A DNA stretch of 46,356 bases from Basidiobolus ranarum (lineage: Eukaryota): contig JASJQH010006899.1 in the NCBI GenBank assembly GCA_040143965.1, positions 1 through 46,356 of the forward strand, given 5' to 3'. The notes beneath the pieces were generated by a model, which had not been told where the DNA came from, did not search any database, and saw only the letters and a program-made list of their open reading frames with translations. Below, in pieces: positions 10,748 through 24,798 of this stretch. Position 1 is the first letter of the stretch; each line of letters starts with the position of its first letter. Position numbers and translations under genes: made by a program.

Positions 10748-13700
10748 ATGAAAGTGGTCGCTTTAGTAAGGTAGCTGTTTGTAGATAGTTCAAGCCTTGT
10801 AATATAGAAAATAACCTTCAATTTTTATAAACAATAAAGTGGAGGAAAAGATAGTTGCTTCAACATGATGCAATGTGTTGCCAATGGACACGAAATTGTG
10901 GCCTTAGCAAACTTAAGACCCCCACCTGAATCTGGCAAAGGTAGTCTTTGGAAATATTCTTGACTAGAGTTGTCTACCGTCTCATAGTTTAATACAAACC
11001 CTCTTTAAGATGAACTCGATAGTTTCATGTTTCAGACCGTAGGTCACGATATCATCGATTTTTACTCGGAATGCATGGATCTCCCACTTTATCGTCATTC
11101 TATTAACGGTTCCTCAGTCTTACAAACTATGGATTATATAAAGACTTTGAATGACGAGACAGAAGATCTCTTCACTTTGTTGAGTGAAGTCAAGGTTTTT
11201 ATACAGATATCGACGATTCCGAGTGATTTTTCGCCACTTAAACAATCTACTTAGGAGAAACATCCAGATGTTGAAGGCGTCTCTGTCGGTGCTATTCTTT
11301 CGAACTATCAAAGGATCCGCGTCGAGCACGTGTAAGATGCTTGAATTAGACTTTTCTCTTTGGAATAAGAGGTTTAATATTCATTTTCTTTGCAGTTGCT
11401 CTAGACTTGCGTTAACTTCGCTGGCTTATCTGTGGAGACAAGATCAACATACTCTGCTGGAGGCTATGATCAAAGCAAACGTTAATGCAGTTTTGATCAA
11501 AGTGGCTGCTATCGGTAAATTAAGAAAGAATTAGTATTCTCTACTCTTAACAAGCGATCTAACCAACTCTAAAGGGCTAAAGCCTTCTCATCTGGGAAAA
11601 TCTATTGGCCAACTGTTTACTTACCTGGGCAAAATGGTATGTGATCATTTGTATAGGCTTACATATTGTAGAAAATGATTAATCCTAGTAAATCCAGAAC
11701 AATATGTATGATCTTCACATTTGTGGTGAGGGTGGAGAGTATGAGACGTTTACTTTGGATTGTCCATTATTCAAGAGACGTATTGTATTGTAGGTTCTAT
11801 CTTTACCTCTAGCAACGTCAAACCCTTTCTAAATATTATGATTGTATAGAGATGAAGTCGAAACAATCATTCATTCTGATGATGCTTTCGCCCCTGTTGC
11901 CTATCTTCGTGTCAAGAAGGCACATACTGAGGAAAAAACCGAAGAAGAGATGATAATTCCAAAAGATAAACTCGTTTCTAACATTCTAAATGGTGTTGAT
12001 GAAGATTTATTCTCGGATCTCTGTTCGTTGGTACGGTTATCTTTGTTTCATACTGCTTTTTTTCCTGATCTCATAGAGTTAGAGTAGGTGCCATATATAT
12101 CAGGTAACGCACCTCAAGTTCAGTTCGATCGTTGTGATAAATCATTCACCGAGACCACTCCAAGTATGTTCAATGTCATTTTTGTTTTACCTTTCATTTG
12201 TGTACTTAACTTTGTAAATAGACCTTGAGACACTGCCATTTTATGCTTTCAAGAATTCAAATGCGTATCACCAGTCAGTTCAACTAAATACCCCCGAGAC
12301 CATTGAAGATGAGACTCTATTATGTATGCAAGATATCCAAGGTTTGTATCCGCGTTTACTACTGTTATATTGGTGTTGACAATTATTCTGATCATATCTT
12401 TAGAGCAAGTTTTATCCAAGGGCTTAACCCTAGCCGATGTAATCACTATGAATGTTTACGTCCGTGATATGGCTAGTTTTGCGAAAGTAAACCAGGTCTA
12501 TAAGGGATTCTTCGATATCAACCCTCCATCCAGGTATGATCTTTATTTGGAGTTCGACTATTATAATTGGTTCATGAGCTAACTCGATATGTATTTATGC
12601 TAGGGCCTGTGTTCAATTGAATCTACCATCTCCTTATCGCGTTCAAATCGATTGTATTGCTGCACAAAGAGAATATACAAATAGAGAAGGCCAAGTAGTT
12701 GAGACTCAGAAAGATACTATGCATGTCCAAGGGCTGTCTTACTGGGCCCCTGCCAATATTGGACCATATTCGCAAGCAGTAGTCGTAAGTGTTATTTTTA
12801 TGCTTAGATTGTAACGAGCCACGTTAACGCTCTTTTGACTCCTATAACAACAGGTCCAAAATCAGATATATGTTGCTGGTCAAATCGGGTTAATTCCTTC
12901 TTCTTTGACACTTCCTCACACTTCAAACGAAATAGAAGATTTCCTCACTGAAGCTATTCTTTCATTAAGACATGTCCATGAAATCGCCCAGGTTTTCACA
13001 TGTGACCTCGAGAAACAAACGGCACTTTGTATCTGTTATGTATCAGAAAATCGTTGGTTGTCTTTATGCCAACAAATATGGGAGCGTAGATTACAGGTAT
13101 GGAACTTTATAATGGAATGAAGACTCAGATCCAAATTTAATCTTTACATTACCTACCTGCATCTAGTTAGATGAAGAACATGTGTTGCCTCCTTTCTGCG
13201 CCGTTGTGGTTCCCTCTTTGCCTCGTAATGCTAAAATAGAATGGCAAACCATTTTATTCAATGGAAAACCCAAGACAAGTGACCCAGACTCAGACTCGGA
13301 ATCAGAATCGAATTTCACCTATTCCGAAAGCAGTACATCTCCCATGCTTTTTGAAAGTATGAAGTGTTTTCTAAACTGGTAAAATAATTATATCCCAATT
13401 AATTGACCACTTTTATAGGAGAGTCCACTGACAAACATGATGATGTTGATTTGATATCTCGAGTGAGTGCAAAGCAATGGACATTTATGAATTTATGCAC
13501 TGCTGTCGCGACTCTTCATCTCTATTCAGGTAACGCAAGTACGGTATCTTTGTATACATTATTATAATGCTGATGCTTATGATGTGTACTAGATTCTGAG
13601 ATTATATCGCTTCCATCTTACGGTCTACTGGTCGAACAACTGCTACGTGAGATATATATTCCCGTTGATCAATTTGAGAAACTTGGCTGGAAAGCTGTCC

Positions 13701-13943
13701 TTCAATTACGTGTCTTTTATCTAGATGAAAATTCTGGGGAAACCTTAAGAGCAGGTACGCACTAATTGAACATTTACATGGGTACATTCAGCAGACTAAC
13801 ATGTCCTTTATCCTTCCCAAGCCATCATCTATTATCTGTCAACATTACTGATTGATACTCTACCCACTATCCATCTTGTACCTGTTGCCGCTCTTCCTGA
13901 TTGTGGGTTCATATCGATCTCTCTTCATGCCACGTGCGAATAA
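10748..13943 (+). CDS. DPH6: Diphthine--ammonia ligase with C-terminal Rid/YjgF-like domains, multi-exon
   Basis: [97 protein letters not shown]. Confidence 0.95.
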
Positions 13944-14181
13944 GCAGGTATCTTTTCTGGGTATTTTGAATGGATCTTAGACTTCATGAAAGAAATGTTT
14001 ATTCAAAATTAAAAGAAAAATACATATCGTCTATGTGCTAAACGCAAGTTATACTAGATTACATTTAAGTGCATGATTATTATGATGATTCAGACTTGGT
14101 TCAAGAGAACTTCCATTCCAATGAGAAAAAAGGAATTTTGTTAACATGGTGGGTTTGGTGATTGTAAGAGTACGAATTTGG

Positions 14182-16129
14182 TTACTTTTTTGTTCGACTT
14201 GAACTAAGTCGCTTGGGACGTTTAGATGGTTGCCATGATTCTTCATCACTACTAAAGGTTAGATCGATCACTTCAGAACTTCGTTTGCCACGCGTTACAC
14301 CGACCTCAGACTTGGGGGAATTAGGTTCGTATTCTGATTCTGACGATGTGTGGATGATGATATCTTCGTGTTTGATGGAAAGTGATTTTTCTTTATCTTG
14401 TTCTTTATCGGGCAATCTCCAACTTCCGTCGACTTCTACAATAACCCTATCTACATCGCTATCAACCTTCTTTAATATGTCTTCAAAGTACCTATATAAG
14501 AGTTGTGAGCATATTGATCTACAGTCAATTAATCATTCGGAGCCATTACCCATCCAATACAAGCTCGCTCCAGCTTCCCATTACGCGGTTGCATATCGGG
14601 CAAGTCCACGAAGGTGATTGCTCGTTTAACTTGAGGAAGATAATCCCATCAAAGCATTGAATGTGGTTACAATACGATGATCGACAAGGGTATTGAATCC
14701 TTTGATAGCCTAACTGTTGAATTGTTTAAATAAAAATCACTCGCGAAGAGTACTACTGAGTGATACGAACTGGACATTTGAGTGATACCAAGCTAGATGT
14801 GGCCTCTATATCTGCATCCTTGGAAGACCGGTTGACTAGAATTTCACAAATTAGTAAATGAATGGTGGATCTTCCATTGGCTTTGACCCTCACTTTTCTC
14901 TAATACAGCGGTTTTTGACATTTTGCTGTGGCTTTTGATTTTGTTCATCACCTCTTGAACCGTCGTTATTTTGACCAGATATACAACGTATACATAGGCC
15001 TACAATATAGGTTTCAGCAAATTGAAAGAGTTATGAACAGGTTAATGAGACTCCACCTTTGTAGTTCCTGGGTATGTGATTTCGATTCTATTAATCCCTC
15101 CGATCTTTGGATTGCATAGGTCAGTAATATCGGGAGGATTGGTGGTTCCAGGCTTTCTTTTGTTTCCTTGTGAGTTCTGTTTATCAATGACGAGACGATT
15201 AGAACTATAAACGTAGAAAGCACTCTAAAAATATGGTACTAACTCCAGTAAAGAGGTGCTTATTAACACTGATACAAGTTAATGGTGGGAACTCTATCAG
15301 CTGTTCTTTCAGACTATTGTTATCAGTTCGACGAGGGTCTACATCCGTACTGAAAATCATGATTCTGTATTGACTATATTTATCGTCCTTGCTAATGTAA
15401 TGCTTAATAAATATGTATGTCGAGAACTCAAGTTGAAATCTCACTAACTCTGTCAGTTGCGCTATCTGGTGCGATCGCAGTTGAAAACTTAGTATTATCG
15501 TAGAGATACTCTGTTGAGCTTTCAAGTATGTTTAGGACCAAGATGGAAATAACTGAAGGTAAGAATAATAGCATACCAGCACTAAACTTCAATAACCCGA
15601 CTTTCTCAACTATGGTATAAAAAGGGCTAGTTTTGAAAGTTAATTCCGACCAATCCATATCGTTTACAGATCCCGACTGAGCATTCTTTGTTTCTTGTAT
15701 TGGAGGTTGCTTCCGTGATGGCTTCGGCGCTATCCTGACAAATGTAAAGCATAAATATCATGGATATTTTTTCATAAACCGACTGAATGAGTCGTTTTAT
15801 AAATATATGGATACCTTTCGGACTCGGTCTGTATGATCTTTCTGGCAGCAATCGCTAATGCTGAGTAAGGCGATGGTTGTTGCGCTTTGATTAAATAGGC
15901 TTGAAGTTTTTTGACTAAATTTTTTTTCTTTCCAAGTGGAAGTAACGGGAACTCATCGGGACTTTTTATGTTGAGAGCGCGTAAACAATTCTTCAAAGAG
16001 TTACTTGTAAGTGAAGGGATCGTAATATCAATGAGAGCCTGAATGAAATATAGGTCAGATTAACGAACGCTTGTATTTCTATCAAACTCAAAAAATCACC
16101 TTCAAAGTGGGATCGGTATGTTCAACCAT
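14182..16129 (-). CDS. Siz/PIAS-type SUMO E3 ligase (PINIT plus SP-RING/zf-MIZ), multi-exon
   Basis: LTFKTSPFY, IEFP and KPGTTNPPDIT (PINIT); SLKCP|LGYQRIQYPCRSSYCNHIQCFD...WTCPIC (SP-RING); SIM-like EVIDLTFSSDEE near the C-terminus. Confidence 0.88.
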
Positions 16130-16448
16130 CTGTAATGAGCAAGCAAAAAGAAGGCTCAAAAAACTACTATTAGCATGTAGTGTTTATGATAAACCTTGAT
16201 TCTAATAGGTCTTTGTTATAATGTTTATGGAATAGTTGAATCTGTAATATAAATAAATGTCAGGTTATTTTAGATTGTTGCATATCGGAAAAGGAGAACA
16301 AAGCTCAAGTTCTACCAATTTGGGAACTTTAGATTTATTTATTTGTTTATTCTAAATTATCAATATTGTGGTAACTTCTGAACATTTTTTTAATTTGTTA
16401 GCCTCCCCTTCTCTTTTCTTTTGTTCTTGCTAACAGATCGTTGCTCTA

Positions 16449-17913
16449 ATGCCCAGATATGTCAAGAAAAGGCCTTTGTCTGAGCGGGTAAAAAATGCTC
16501 CTCAAGACTGGATCATGCAACTTCTGGAGGAATACGAAACCTTTGATTGGGAAGGGCTTCAACTCGCCTTAAGGTATTAGTTTTTAGAGTTTGTTTTCCA
16601 ATATTACGTTTATTGATTTTATTATAATAGTTGGCCCACTGCCCTTGCTCTCAATGGTCTTTATGTTTTTGTCAAAGCTATTCGTTCTATTGATTCTACC
16701 CCTGATGTATCCAAGTTGAAGCCTGTTCGAGATAGTGCTTTCATTCAACGCACTCGTGATACTTGGCTTGGAGATAGTATTCACTTCTGGGTTTGTATAG
16801 GCGCCTTATTATGCTTACTGTATCAATTCTAAACTTCATATTTATAGTTGGATGTCTTTGAGTTCGTTCTTATTGCCATTAGTCTTTGCAATACTGCTTA
16901 TCTATTTTCTCAACGTAAATCGTATCAATTGATGAACACCGATCCTAAGGTACTTTTTCTCGCCTTTAATATTTTTTATCACGTATAATATTTTAACCAT
17001 CCTTTAGGACTCATTAACTAGTCCAAATATTCGCCGTACGGATCTTGACTACGAAGCCCCTTTGTGGTCTTTAAATTTCCCCGGGAAATTTCTGTATGTC
17101 ATTTTACATATGAATTCAAACATGTAAAAGTTCTAACTAGTATACCTTCTATCATCGAAATAGTTATCCACTTTGGAAGCGTTTTGGACGCAGCGGGAGA
17201 CGTGCTAATAGGGAAATCTTCGAACTTAGTATGTGGAATCCCTATGTTTTTTCACTGAACATATTTTGGTAAGGTTTAAGGATACTAGTAATGACTGTTT
17301 CGTGATATTTATCATTCTTTGGTAGCTGGTTCTCTCCTCCTCAAGTCGCTATCATGTGGGCTATGGATGGTCACAACTTTCACTACTTTCTCCCAATTGC
17401 TTTCCTTGTTGGCGTTCAGGTAGCTAACCATTACCTTTAATGAATTTGAATACTTCCATCGTAGTCTTACACTTATTATTCGTTAGATACAATTCATTTG
17501 CAATGTCTACTCCACTCTTTTAAAAGACAAGCAAATTCTCTTTGGTCAAGTTTATCATGAATACAATACCAAATTTGTCAATCGTCGAGTTTTCGTGAAG
17601 AAATTCGATCAATGTACATCGACAGAAACTCAAGCTGACTTTTCCTTTGATGAGGAGATCGATGAAGATTACCAAGAGAATCTTTACTCTTCCAGGTATA
17701 TTTCATACAGTGTACTTGGGCCCATTTACGATGCTAATGATTTGTTTAACTCACTAGTGATGAGGAGGAAGTCATTAAGAATCCAGGTTAGTTATGCTTC
17801 AGGTTCTGTATATTAGGCTCTCGATACTGATTCCTATTATAGGCGAGTTCTCTCCCGCCGATAAGCCAAGTGCTTTCAAATCAAGTGAAAACCCTTTCCA
17901 AAGTTCCCATTAG
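16449..17913 (+). CDS. NUR1: Nuclear rim protein Nur1/Mug154 family membrane protein, multi-exon
   Basis: MPRYVKKRPLSERVKNAPQDW; WNP...FSLNIFCWFSPPQVAI; KDKQILFGQVYHEYNTKFV; acidic tail; spliced frame ends NPFQSSH* at TAG 17911-17913. Confidence 0.75.
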
Positions 17914-18445
17914 AGCAGAATGTACAAGTAAATATAATTGGCGTTTATTAGAGCTTTTAACGAAGGAGTTGATTATTTTGATGTCACTTAGGGTAGATCA
18001 ACCCATTTGCTTACATATTTCATTCGAGTATTTTATTAGGATTAGTTATTGTTGGGTTTTTTCAAAATACTGCTCTGATTATTGAACAGAACATCATAAT
18101 TTGGCTTTCGAGTATATTAAACTATTACTTGCATATTCGGTCATGTGACACGTATTCTATTTTACTATTTGTTGATGTGTTGAAAGAAACCAAAATAAAT
18201 TAAAACATTCACGCGCTAGATGATATTGGGATGCTAGTTATTGATTAATATTAGGCTAATGAGCCACTCAAACATAGTTGGATTTAGTGAAGAGATGGTT
18301 TAATCACTAGCGTAAGTGAGGTGATGGTTAATTATCTTTGTATGCAAATTTCCATTTTTTACGTCTTTTTTTTCTTTGCTAAGATAAATATGAAAGTGTA
18401 TATTTTTTGGGTGGATAACACTATAGTGTGGATATAAGCTTTGAG

Positions 18446-20697
18446 ATGGAAGAAGGCCCTCGTAAGAAACAAAAACTCCAGTCTGATGCCATGGAAGGTG
18501 GCTTTCTTTTCACTTTGTAGTATTGGATTTCATTATAGTCGAACTTAAACTAACGTTCCAAAATATTCGCATAGAAGTACATTCCTTACTAGAGAAACAT
18601 TGCAAAGGAACTCTTTCGAGGTTAATTGAGCCACTCTTTTCCATTCATTGTTGTAGTAGATGTGTCTTGAGATACCTTGGTGTAAAAGACTTCAAAATTT
18701 ATAAGAACAGTGTTGAGGTAAATTTATTATTTGGATAAACAGGAAAGACGCATATTTTCATCCACTTTGTTGTTTAGACTCTCGAGACAGTCCTCAAAAG
18801 TTTGGTTGAAAAGGAAACTTCGGAAAAACAAGAGGATTCCAAAGAAGAAATTGTGGAAAAAAAAACCTGCGTTTCGTGCTTAGGTACTCTTCAATATGCG
18901 GACCAAGACTTGTTTATATCCCATATTATCCAAAAAGTGAAAGAGGAGAATTATGAAGCAAAAAATTTCACTTTAAACGTAACCGTACCAAGTAGTCTTT
19001 TGGTCAGAACTCACGCAGTTTTTGTTTATATTTCGAACATATTGAAGTAAGCTTATGTCTATGTAATTAAAATGTTAACACTTTTGATATTCACCTTCAT
19101 TTCTTAGAGAATTGAAAAGTCCTATCGCTTACACTCTTGATGACATCGCTGATATTAAAGAAACGTTCAAATTGGTATTATGCTGGGAGATTGCTCGAAT
19201 TACTGAGATGGAGTTGGACTTCCATGTAAGCTATCTCTATCTCATTTCATTTGTTTACAATGGTCTGTTGACGATGCCACTTTTAGAGTCCTTTGAAAAT
19301 CACTGTGGTTACGGAGCATCCTGAAACCGAAAACGATCACATCTTTTTGACCCAAATATCCTCTGCAAATCTGAATATTCGCAAAGTTTATGAACGAGTA
19401 AATACCTATTTGATATATCTAAAATCTAGTGTCCGTATTAACTTATGTCTTAGGGTCAATGCAAATTTATTGGTGCTTCTCGTACCAATATAGCCACCGC
19501 CCTTCGTTCGGTCTCAAACGAAGAGTTCATGCGGTATGCTGTTGGTAGTCTTGTCAAAAATGTTGTCACATAGTTAATAAGAAACTTGTAAATCATAGCC
19601 TTGGAAAATGTCCTCCAGAATTGGTGGATAATACAGCAACCATTCAAACCATTGAGATGCTCCATGAGCCTATCCATATTGGAGGTATTTCTTTTTCAAA
19701 TTATCAACCATTTTCAAACTCTAACATCCAGTACTTTAGGGCGTTATTTTAAGTTAGCACGTGGAATCAGTCAGACTCCATGGGTTATAAATAATCGCAG
19801 AATGACGGATAATTCTGTTTCCGAGTCTATAGGAGATATCTTGAAGCCTAAAGTTCTAGCTGATGGTAATTGAATTTCCCCCTCTAACAGATTAAACATG
19901 TATGACTAAACAATTGCTTATCAGACTACAAATTCGTTTCCGCTGGAAGAGAGGATGCGGATGTTCGTATGTTAGGAACGGGAAGACCTTTCTACTTGGA
20001 ATTCCTCAATCCACGTCGAATTACATTTACTCCAGAGGAGATTTTAGAGTTTGAGAATGCTGTCAACGATAGTAATTCAGATGTCAAAGTTAAAGAGATG
20101 CAGACAATTCAGCCGTAGGTGTGCTTTCATTCGATTGATTCGTATCACATCATCTAACTGCTTCATTGTAGCGATCAAACATCTATCATCAAGGAAGGAG
20201 AAGAGACCAAAACCAAATCCTACAGGTACAGAACCTTTAAAGTACCGTTCATAGACAATTAACTCACCAAGCTTTATTTTCTAGTTGTCTCATATGGACA
20301 TCCAAAGAGGTCTCAACCGAACTCCTCCAACTAGCAAATCAATATAGCGATAATGCATTTGTTATTCATCAAAGAACTCCTATACGTGTTCTTCATAGGT
20401 ATTGTTAAACCATTCGGGTTAGGTATATACCAACAAAACTAACCTTTGTGTCGATGTAGACGTGCTCAAATGGTCCGAGACAAAACTATACATACTCTTT
20501 GTGCAGAAAAGCTTGGTGATCACTTCCTTCGGTTGAAATTGAAAACTGAGGCTGGTACATACATTAAGGAATTCGTCCATGGTGATCTTGGCAGAACATT
20601 CCCCAACTTTGGAAGTATCGTGGGTTGTACCGCCGATTTATTGGCTTTGGATGTTGATGAAGTTGATCTGCCTTGGCCACCAGTTAGAGCAGATTAA
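18446..20697 (+). CDS. PUS10: tRNA pseudouridine synthase Pus10, multi-exon
   Basis: N-terminal CCSRCVLRY and CVSCLGTLQ; GRYFKLARGISQTPW; FVSAGREDADVRMLGTGRPF (catalytic Asp motif); QRTPIRVLHRR; AGTYIKEFVHGDLGRTFP. Confidence 0.95.
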
Positions 20698-20838
20698 GTT
20701 TATGAGTAGAATTTAGAAGTAAAAGAATCCCCAATTTTAAAGATCATTAACTCCTGGATAGTTTTAGTTTATTCATTTTCAAAATCTCATAGAGTCAACA
20801 ATAAAATAACCGATAAGCCACATTTAGCACGGTATTCT

Positions 20839-22330
20839 TTAAAGATGTGCCTTCTTTAGTAATTCTGGGGCACGTTGTAGTTCTGTTTTGGCGATTTGCA
20901 TAAGATGAACCGCATCAGGACCATCTGCGATTCGGAGAGTTCTAGCATTTGCATACATATCTGCTAATGAGGTGTCAGGTCCTACGCCAGCAGCTCCATG
21001 GATTTGGATTGCTCTGTCTATTACTCGCAGACAAGTTCTGGGTACAGCTACTTTAGCCATAGCAATCTCCTTCAAGGCTTTCTTGGCACCAATCTTGTCA
21101 ATCATGTCTGCTGCTCTGAGAACAAGCAAGCGGCTTTGCTCAATTTCAATTCTAGAGGTAGCAATATCGTGCATAACTGTTTGATGCTCAGCGATATATC
21201 TGCCAAATGTCTTACGTTGCATTGCTCTGGTCAATATAGTATCCAGAGCTCTCTCAGCGAAGCCAATAGCTCTCATACAGTGATGAAGACGTCCTACATT
21301 GAAATACAATTGTTCAATATTTAAGAAGCTTAACGTATGTATTGAGTAAGCTTACCAGGCCCCAATCTTCCTTGAACAACTTCAAATCCTCTGCCCTCAT
21401 CGAGAATCAAATTCTCTTTTGGAACCTTTACATTTTCGAAGGTTATCTCACAATGTCCATGGGGAGCATGGTCATAACCGAATACAGTCAATGGTCTAAC
21501 GACTGTAACTCCAGGAGTATCAGCAGGAACAATGATGATCGTTTGTTGTTTGTGCTTTGGTTGTGTGGTATCAGATTTGCCCATTACCAAAAAGACTTTA
21601 CAGCGAGGATCGCCAGCTCCACTGATCCACCATTTACGACCATTGACAATATAATGATCACCCTGACGTTTAATTGAAGTCTCGATATTGGTGGCGTCAG
21701 AAGAAGCTACCGCTGGTTCAGTCATAGCGAAAGCTGATCTTATCTTTCCTTCCAATAAAGGTTTGAGCCACTTTTCGTTTTGCTCTTTATTGCCATATTT
21801 CAAGAAAACTTCCATATTTCCAGTATCGGGAGCAGCACAGTTACAAGCCTGTAAATTAACCGTTAGAAACTGATAGTAAGAACTAAACCTCAATGGATAT
21901 TGTTTACCTCTGGAGCAGTGTGTGCGGATCTACCCATGATTTCACAAAGATATGCGTATTCCAGGTTGGTTAGTCCAGGTCCCTCCTTGTGGCCCTTGGG
22001 AATGAAGAGATTCCAAAGGCCAAGTTTACGGGCTTTGTCTTTGAGCTCTTCCATAACAGGGGGAATGGTCTGTTGGATATTTTGAAGAAAGAAATTAGGG
22101 GGTTTTCAGTTACGAAAAGAAACACTGGTACACATACCTTCCACCTTTCTTCACCCTCTCCTAATTGCTGTTCATAAATTTTTTCTGCTGGTATGCAGTC
22201 GTTCTAAAAGAAGTTTTCAGTTCAAGAATTTGTTTAAGAAAAAGGAGAATACCCTATCTTTTACCTCAACAAACTTTGTAAGTACTTTGGCAAGTTCTTG
22301 AACTCTGGGAGATAAGTCGGTGATATTCAT
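20839..22330 (-). CDS. Acyl-CoA dehydrogenase (ACAD10/11 C-terminal / FadE2-like), probably peroxisomal
   Basis: [83 protein letters not shown]; ends KKAHL*. Confidence 0.93.
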
Positions 22331-22995
22331 GATGGAGATATTATACACTAATGAGGATGAGACTTGAATTTTGGTTATATGCACGATAGCTAGGCAGAAA
22401 TTCACGTGTATCTTTGGTTGTATACAAGTCATATGTAATTTGAAACATTTTACATGGCTTTCTCCATCACAGGCAGTGGAGTTGAATATGACGGCAATAG
22501 ATGATTGACATTTATGGTTGGTTCAGAGTATTTATCATGACTAAAAACCACTTCCGAGATTCCTGATCGTGTGAAATATGTAATAATTGGGACACACATA
22601 AATTGATGAAATGACTGAATCCAATTGATTATGTTGAGTTCACATCTAGACGAGTTCTAGGCAATGTCAACTGCAATATATGTAGTTTCAGTCACTTCAT
22701 GTTTTATACCTAACAATATTTCGGACGTGGTTTGAGCACTCAACGGAAATTTGACTTCGATATTTTGATTAGCGGAGTTATTATTAGCATACAATCTGAA
22801 GGGAATTTTGACTGCCCTTTCGTTATATTACTATCAATCTTAAGATCTTAAAAAAAAATGATATCTATATCTATATATGTATATATCTCCATTATCTAGA
22901 GTCAAAACGGATCTTTGATCTCTAATATGTTATTAACCAGGTAGTGAATTCTTGGTGGTACACCAACTTCTTTTTCAACTTCACCAGTGAACAGA

Positions 22996-24693
22996 ATGAA
23001 CAAAACTGATCCCTTACTCCGTGACGACAGTTCCACTCAACATTCAACTGAAGAGGCCCAACCTTTTGGAAAAGGAAGATTATACACCTCCCATTTTTTG
23101 AAGTATAGTATTTTCTAACCAAACTTTGGTAATGAATGTGAATTCGTTTATTAATTATATACTGATTTAGCGTATGGGGAGATCGACTATATGAGTTCGC
23201 TAGTTTTCTATTTATCATGGAAGTATTTCAAGATACTTTGCTTCCATCCTCTCTATTTGGCTTTCTGGTGACTTTTTCGGCAATTGTATGTGGAGGTATG
23301 ATTGGAAACTGGGTTGACCGAAGTGATAGGCTTAGAGGTAAATTTCTTCCTAAAATATGTTTTGCTCTATAATTCTAATGGAATTCTAGTCGTGAGAACG
23401 TCCATTATTTTGCAGAAACTTTCTATCGCACTGAGCTCGGTCTGTTTCTATCTATTATTCACCAGATTCCATCCCAGATCTTTAGACAAGTCCACTCAAT
23501 ACTGGTCCTATGGTATCTTTAGCATAATCCTGGTATTAGGGATGGTGCTTAAGGTTATGCTTATGGCTTCCAATATCTCTATTGAAAAAGACTGGGTAGT
23601 GATTATTGCCAACAAAGACGAACAACTTCTAACTCGTACGTTTTTATCCAAGTGGTTTATATTGAGCATTGTGCAATAATTTCTAATACTACTTTCAGAG
23701 TTGAACACTTCTATGCGCAGAATTGACCTGATCTGTAAGCTTGTAGCTCCTTTACTCGTTGCTTGCTTGACCACTGTTGGCACTACTATATTTGCAGTGA
23801 TATTTATCGGCATCTGGAATATAATATCTCTGGTTCTGGAATATGCACTTATATATAGAGTATATCAAATGGTACCAGCATTATCTCTTTCTAAAGGAAA
23901 TCAAGCCAGATTTAGTACATGTGAAAACACTGAAGAGGAGGCACTTCTGAACACCAATGTTTTCAAGCCAACCTACGAAGCTATTCCTGGAAATCCAGTC
24001 CAGGCAGTTGCGCAACCGAGTTACCTTCGACAAGTCTTCGATGACTGGATTTTTTACTTCAAGCATCCCATATTCTTGCCCAGCTTATCGATCGCCATGT
24101 TATATTTGACAGTTCTATCATTCAATGGAATCATGATCTCTTTTTTAAAGTGGCAAGGGTACTCCGATTCTTTACTGGCTTCTATGAAAGCTATATCAGC
24201 TTTCACCGGTGTGCTGGCTACATATTTGATGCCGGTTGTCGCTAAACACATTGGTGTAGTTCGAACCGGAATTTGGTCTATCTGGTCGGAGGTTATTACC
24301 TTGATTCCAGTAGTAGCCGCATTCCTCTGTCCCCCCACGATTCTTGCCAAAACCATGCTCTTTGGAGGTATGGCACTATCCAGAATAGGTCTCTGGTCAT
24401 TTGATTTGTCGCAAGTCCATATAATCCAGAGCAGCGTTGCCAATGAAGATGCTGGTCGAATCAACGGACTCCAACATAGTCTTTGCAACTTGTTTGACTT
24501 GGCCCAATTTGGTTTGACCATGATATTTTACAATCCAGAGGATTTTATTATACCAGTAGTAACTTCATTCGTCATGGTTTTACTCGCGGCTCTCACTTTT
24601 TCTTTTTACACTTACCAACAGAGAGGACATCTATTCCATTTAGACAAGTTCACACCATGTAGATTTACCATTCATAATCATCATGATGATTAA
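22996..24693 (+). CDS. Ferroportin (SLC40/FPN1/IREG) metal exporter, 4 exons
   Basis: LYTSHFLNVWGDRLYEFA, ISIEKDWVV, LNTSMRRIDLICKLVAP, LYLTVLSF, SRIGLWSFDL, RGHLFH. Confidence 0.93.
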
Positions 24694-24798
24694 TCTCATT
24701 AACTGACATTTAATACTAGCTTTTTTGTATATTTTATTTGATTCGAATTATTTTGCATTTTCTATGGATAAATAATCCAATCCTTTGAAAATGTTCGA

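Noticed and set aside
12100-13943. Rid/YjgF-like domains fused to Dph6 as a novel fusion
   Set aside because: This architecture is already known for fungal and plant Dph6.
22970-22998. IRE-like CAGTGA just upstream of the ferroportin ATG
   Set aside because: The flanks (TTCAC and ACAGA) cannot form the 5-bp upper stem needed around a CAGUGN loop, so it is not a canonical iron-responsive element.
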